From Utricularia gibba (lineage: Eukaryota; Plantae; Magnoliophyta), in NCBI GenBank assembly GCA_002189035.1, contig NEEC01000016.1, positions 2,232,001-2,296,000 on the forward strand: DNA of 64,000 nt, read 5' to 3'. The notes under the pieces are model-generated. The model ran no database searches. It saw only the letters and a list, made by a program, of their open reading frames with translations, and was not told the origin of the DNA. Positions 62,001 through 64,000 of the stretch are shown here, piece by piece. Made by a program: the position numbers and the translations under genes. Each line of letters opens with the position of its first letter. Position 1 is the first letter of the stretch.

Positions 62001-64000
62001 GGGCCGTTCCCCCAAACCTTGGGCCAAAGGAAATTTGTCATCGTGGGATTCGAGTATTTCCCCAAATGGGTGGAGGCTGAGGCCGTGGAAAAAATATCAG
62101 AGGAGACCACTATTCGATTTCTGTGGAGAAATATCTTCATCCGGTTCGGAATCCCTCAAGAACTTGTGACCGATAATGGAACCCAATTCGTTGGGGAAGA
62201 ATGGAGGCATTCCTGGATAAATATACGGTCAAACACAACTTCACCTCGGTGGATCACCCGTAGAGCAATGGTCTCACAGAGGTAACGAATCGAACGCTCC
62301 GGCTAGGAATGAAGACTAAACTTGAAGATTTTGGAGGATCATGGGCAGATCGCTTCGATGAAGTGCTGTGGTCATATCGCACCACCCCTCGAACCACCAC
62401 GGAAGAATCTCCGTTCTTATTGGTTTACGGTGCAGAAGCCGTATGCCCTATCGAACTAACCCTGAAAAGACATATATAGCCGACTAGGGCTCATCAGAGG
62501 AGAACGGAAAAGAGATATAAAAAGACGGTGTCCCCAAGGGAATTCTCCAAGGGAGATTTGGTGCTCCGAAGCATTCAACCACAAAGACATGTTGGAAAAT
62601 TAGATCGCAAGTGGGAAGGCCCTTATCGGATTTCAAGGGTAATCAGAAAAGGAGCGTATCGTCTAGAACAATTAGACGGCGTGGAATTCTCAAGGTCGTG
62701 GAATGCATCACACCTAAGGGAATTCTATACCTAACTGGCTCAATGTCAATCTCCATCACAGGATTGCACAGAATTCGGTATTCTCTCCCTCAAAACACTC
62801 AAGCATAAGCCCAGGCAGACCGTGAAAGATCTAAACCACAAGCCCTGGCCAAGCAACGCGAACCCAGGCACATCCCCCAAAATGGCATCCCTTGCGGGAT
62901 ACGTCAAACCAACTCGGGATCTCCCCGATACATATACATGTGATCTCCCAAAAACCAGGCATAAGTCGATGACAAGAATAAGCCCTGGTATAATTCGGGC
63001 ATTGGTTCCCGTAAACCGCACGCGTAAGCCCCGAAAAGCCCTTAAGTTTTGACCTTATTGTCGAAATCTCAAGATGACAAGTGCACCCAAAGAAAATCCA
63101 CCCATGTTCAAAACAATGGGGTTCGGCCAAAAGAGGGCCCTTCCCGATTGGGGAAGTCGCTCAACCCATGAGGGGTTCCGACCTACTTCTTTAGCAGCGG
63201 TTCATCACGCATGAGGAAATACTAAGACAAACAAAAATCAAAAAGCCCAAACAAAGGTTTGGCAAAGAGACACCCACCCTCGGATCACAAAAGCATAGGC
63301 GAACCTTCCAAGCCTAAACACGTGATAGACATAACAAACCAACTTGGGGCTTCCCCCGAAATGTGATATCATCAAAGGCAAAAATGATGCGCAAACAGTG
63401 GAGTAAATCAGAAGGAAATCCCGAACCGGGATATCAAAAATGTTCAAGAAGCCCTACAGCAGGGGAAAATACACCAAGTGGAAAAAGTCACTAAAGTGCT
63501 GGAGGAGATGGGGGATTAATGGGAGGATTGACAGAGGAACCGGTATGTTGCTCCATTCTGGCTCTCAACTTGGAATCATTCTCTCGCTCTATCCTCGCTC
63601 GAATCAGTGCAATCAGCCGCTCTCGATCAGCTTCGAACCCGAACTCTGGGGCCTAGAAAGTATCTACGATAACATCAAGCATGTTCTCATCCTTCGTCAA
63701 GGGGTTTACCCTGTTGAAGCGTAGATCCATGATTGAAAGCCCGAATTCCCGGCTGAACTGTCGCCTCTGACGGTACAGAAGTAAGCCGATTAAGTCTCCT
63801 GCATAGATATCGGAGAGTTCGGCAAAACAGGCCGAGTTAACAAAATCATCCAGAAGACCCTGCCGAGATGCTTGTTGATCAAGCAATTCGGCCTCTAGTG
63901 CCGAGATGCGGTCCCTGGAATGCTCTAACTCCGCTTCTGCCTCCTCAAATCAGACTTTGAGGCCTTCTCTCTCCGATTTAGCTTCGTCAACCACCTTTCC
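59100..64000 (+). mobile_element. Degenerate Tat/Retand element 2 (5'-truncated gag, protease, RT, RNase H, integrase to 62734, 3' region, antisense ORF running off the window)
   Basis: ESLRRFIDRF; IHVIFGG...RYLDEARR; WRMCIDFTDLN; YVAMPFG...MEVYVDDMIV; VYYVSK; YYWPTM...WGVDFMGPFP...WVEAEA...FGIPQELVTDNGTQF; KLDRKWEGPY...SWNASHLREFY*. Same family as element 1. Confidence 0.92.
63580..64000 (-). pseudogene. C-terminal part of the antisense additional ORF of Tat element 2
   Basis: KVVDEAK...ELEHSRDRISALEAEL...LLDDFVNSACFAELSDIYAGDLIGL...VNPL...PEFGFEAD aligns with 6230-6610 (+). Confidence 0.7.

Noticed and set aside
1-64000. CRISPR arrays, intact tRNA/rRNA genes, prokaryotic operons
   Set aside because: No regularly spaced repeats or complete structural RNA genes were seen. 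Spliceosomal introns and plant TE families show the sequence is plant nuclear DNA.

Overview
Plant (eudicot-like) nuclear DNA with few genes and many transposable elements (TEs). A compact three-gene island at 16.0-25.1 kb holds a type-1 protein phosphatase (TOPP/PP1, +), an At5g26960-like F-box/kelch gene (-) and a complete 10-exon aldehyde oxidase (AAO, +). The F-box and AAO genes are head-to-head. A fourth gene, an NPC2-like non-specific phospholipase C (-), lies at 50.6-52.4 kb. The F-box and NPC genes each carry a single 1-nt frameshift. A plastid-derived insertion (rps16 intron/exon 2 to trnK intron) sits just upstream of the PP1 promoter. The rest is a mosaic of decayed, nested TEs: two Tat/Retand-type Ty3 elements sharing an antisense extra ORF, Athila-like fragments (gag-pol and env-like parts), three recurring Athila-like long terminal repeat (LTR) families, an Angela-like Copia solo LTR, three hAT remnants, a PIF/Harbinger element and a MULE fragment. 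Five solo LTRs retain target-site duplications (TSDs), and no intact LTR element is present. All homology calls come from motif recognition and by-eye alignment, not database searches. Coordinates marked ~ are approximate.
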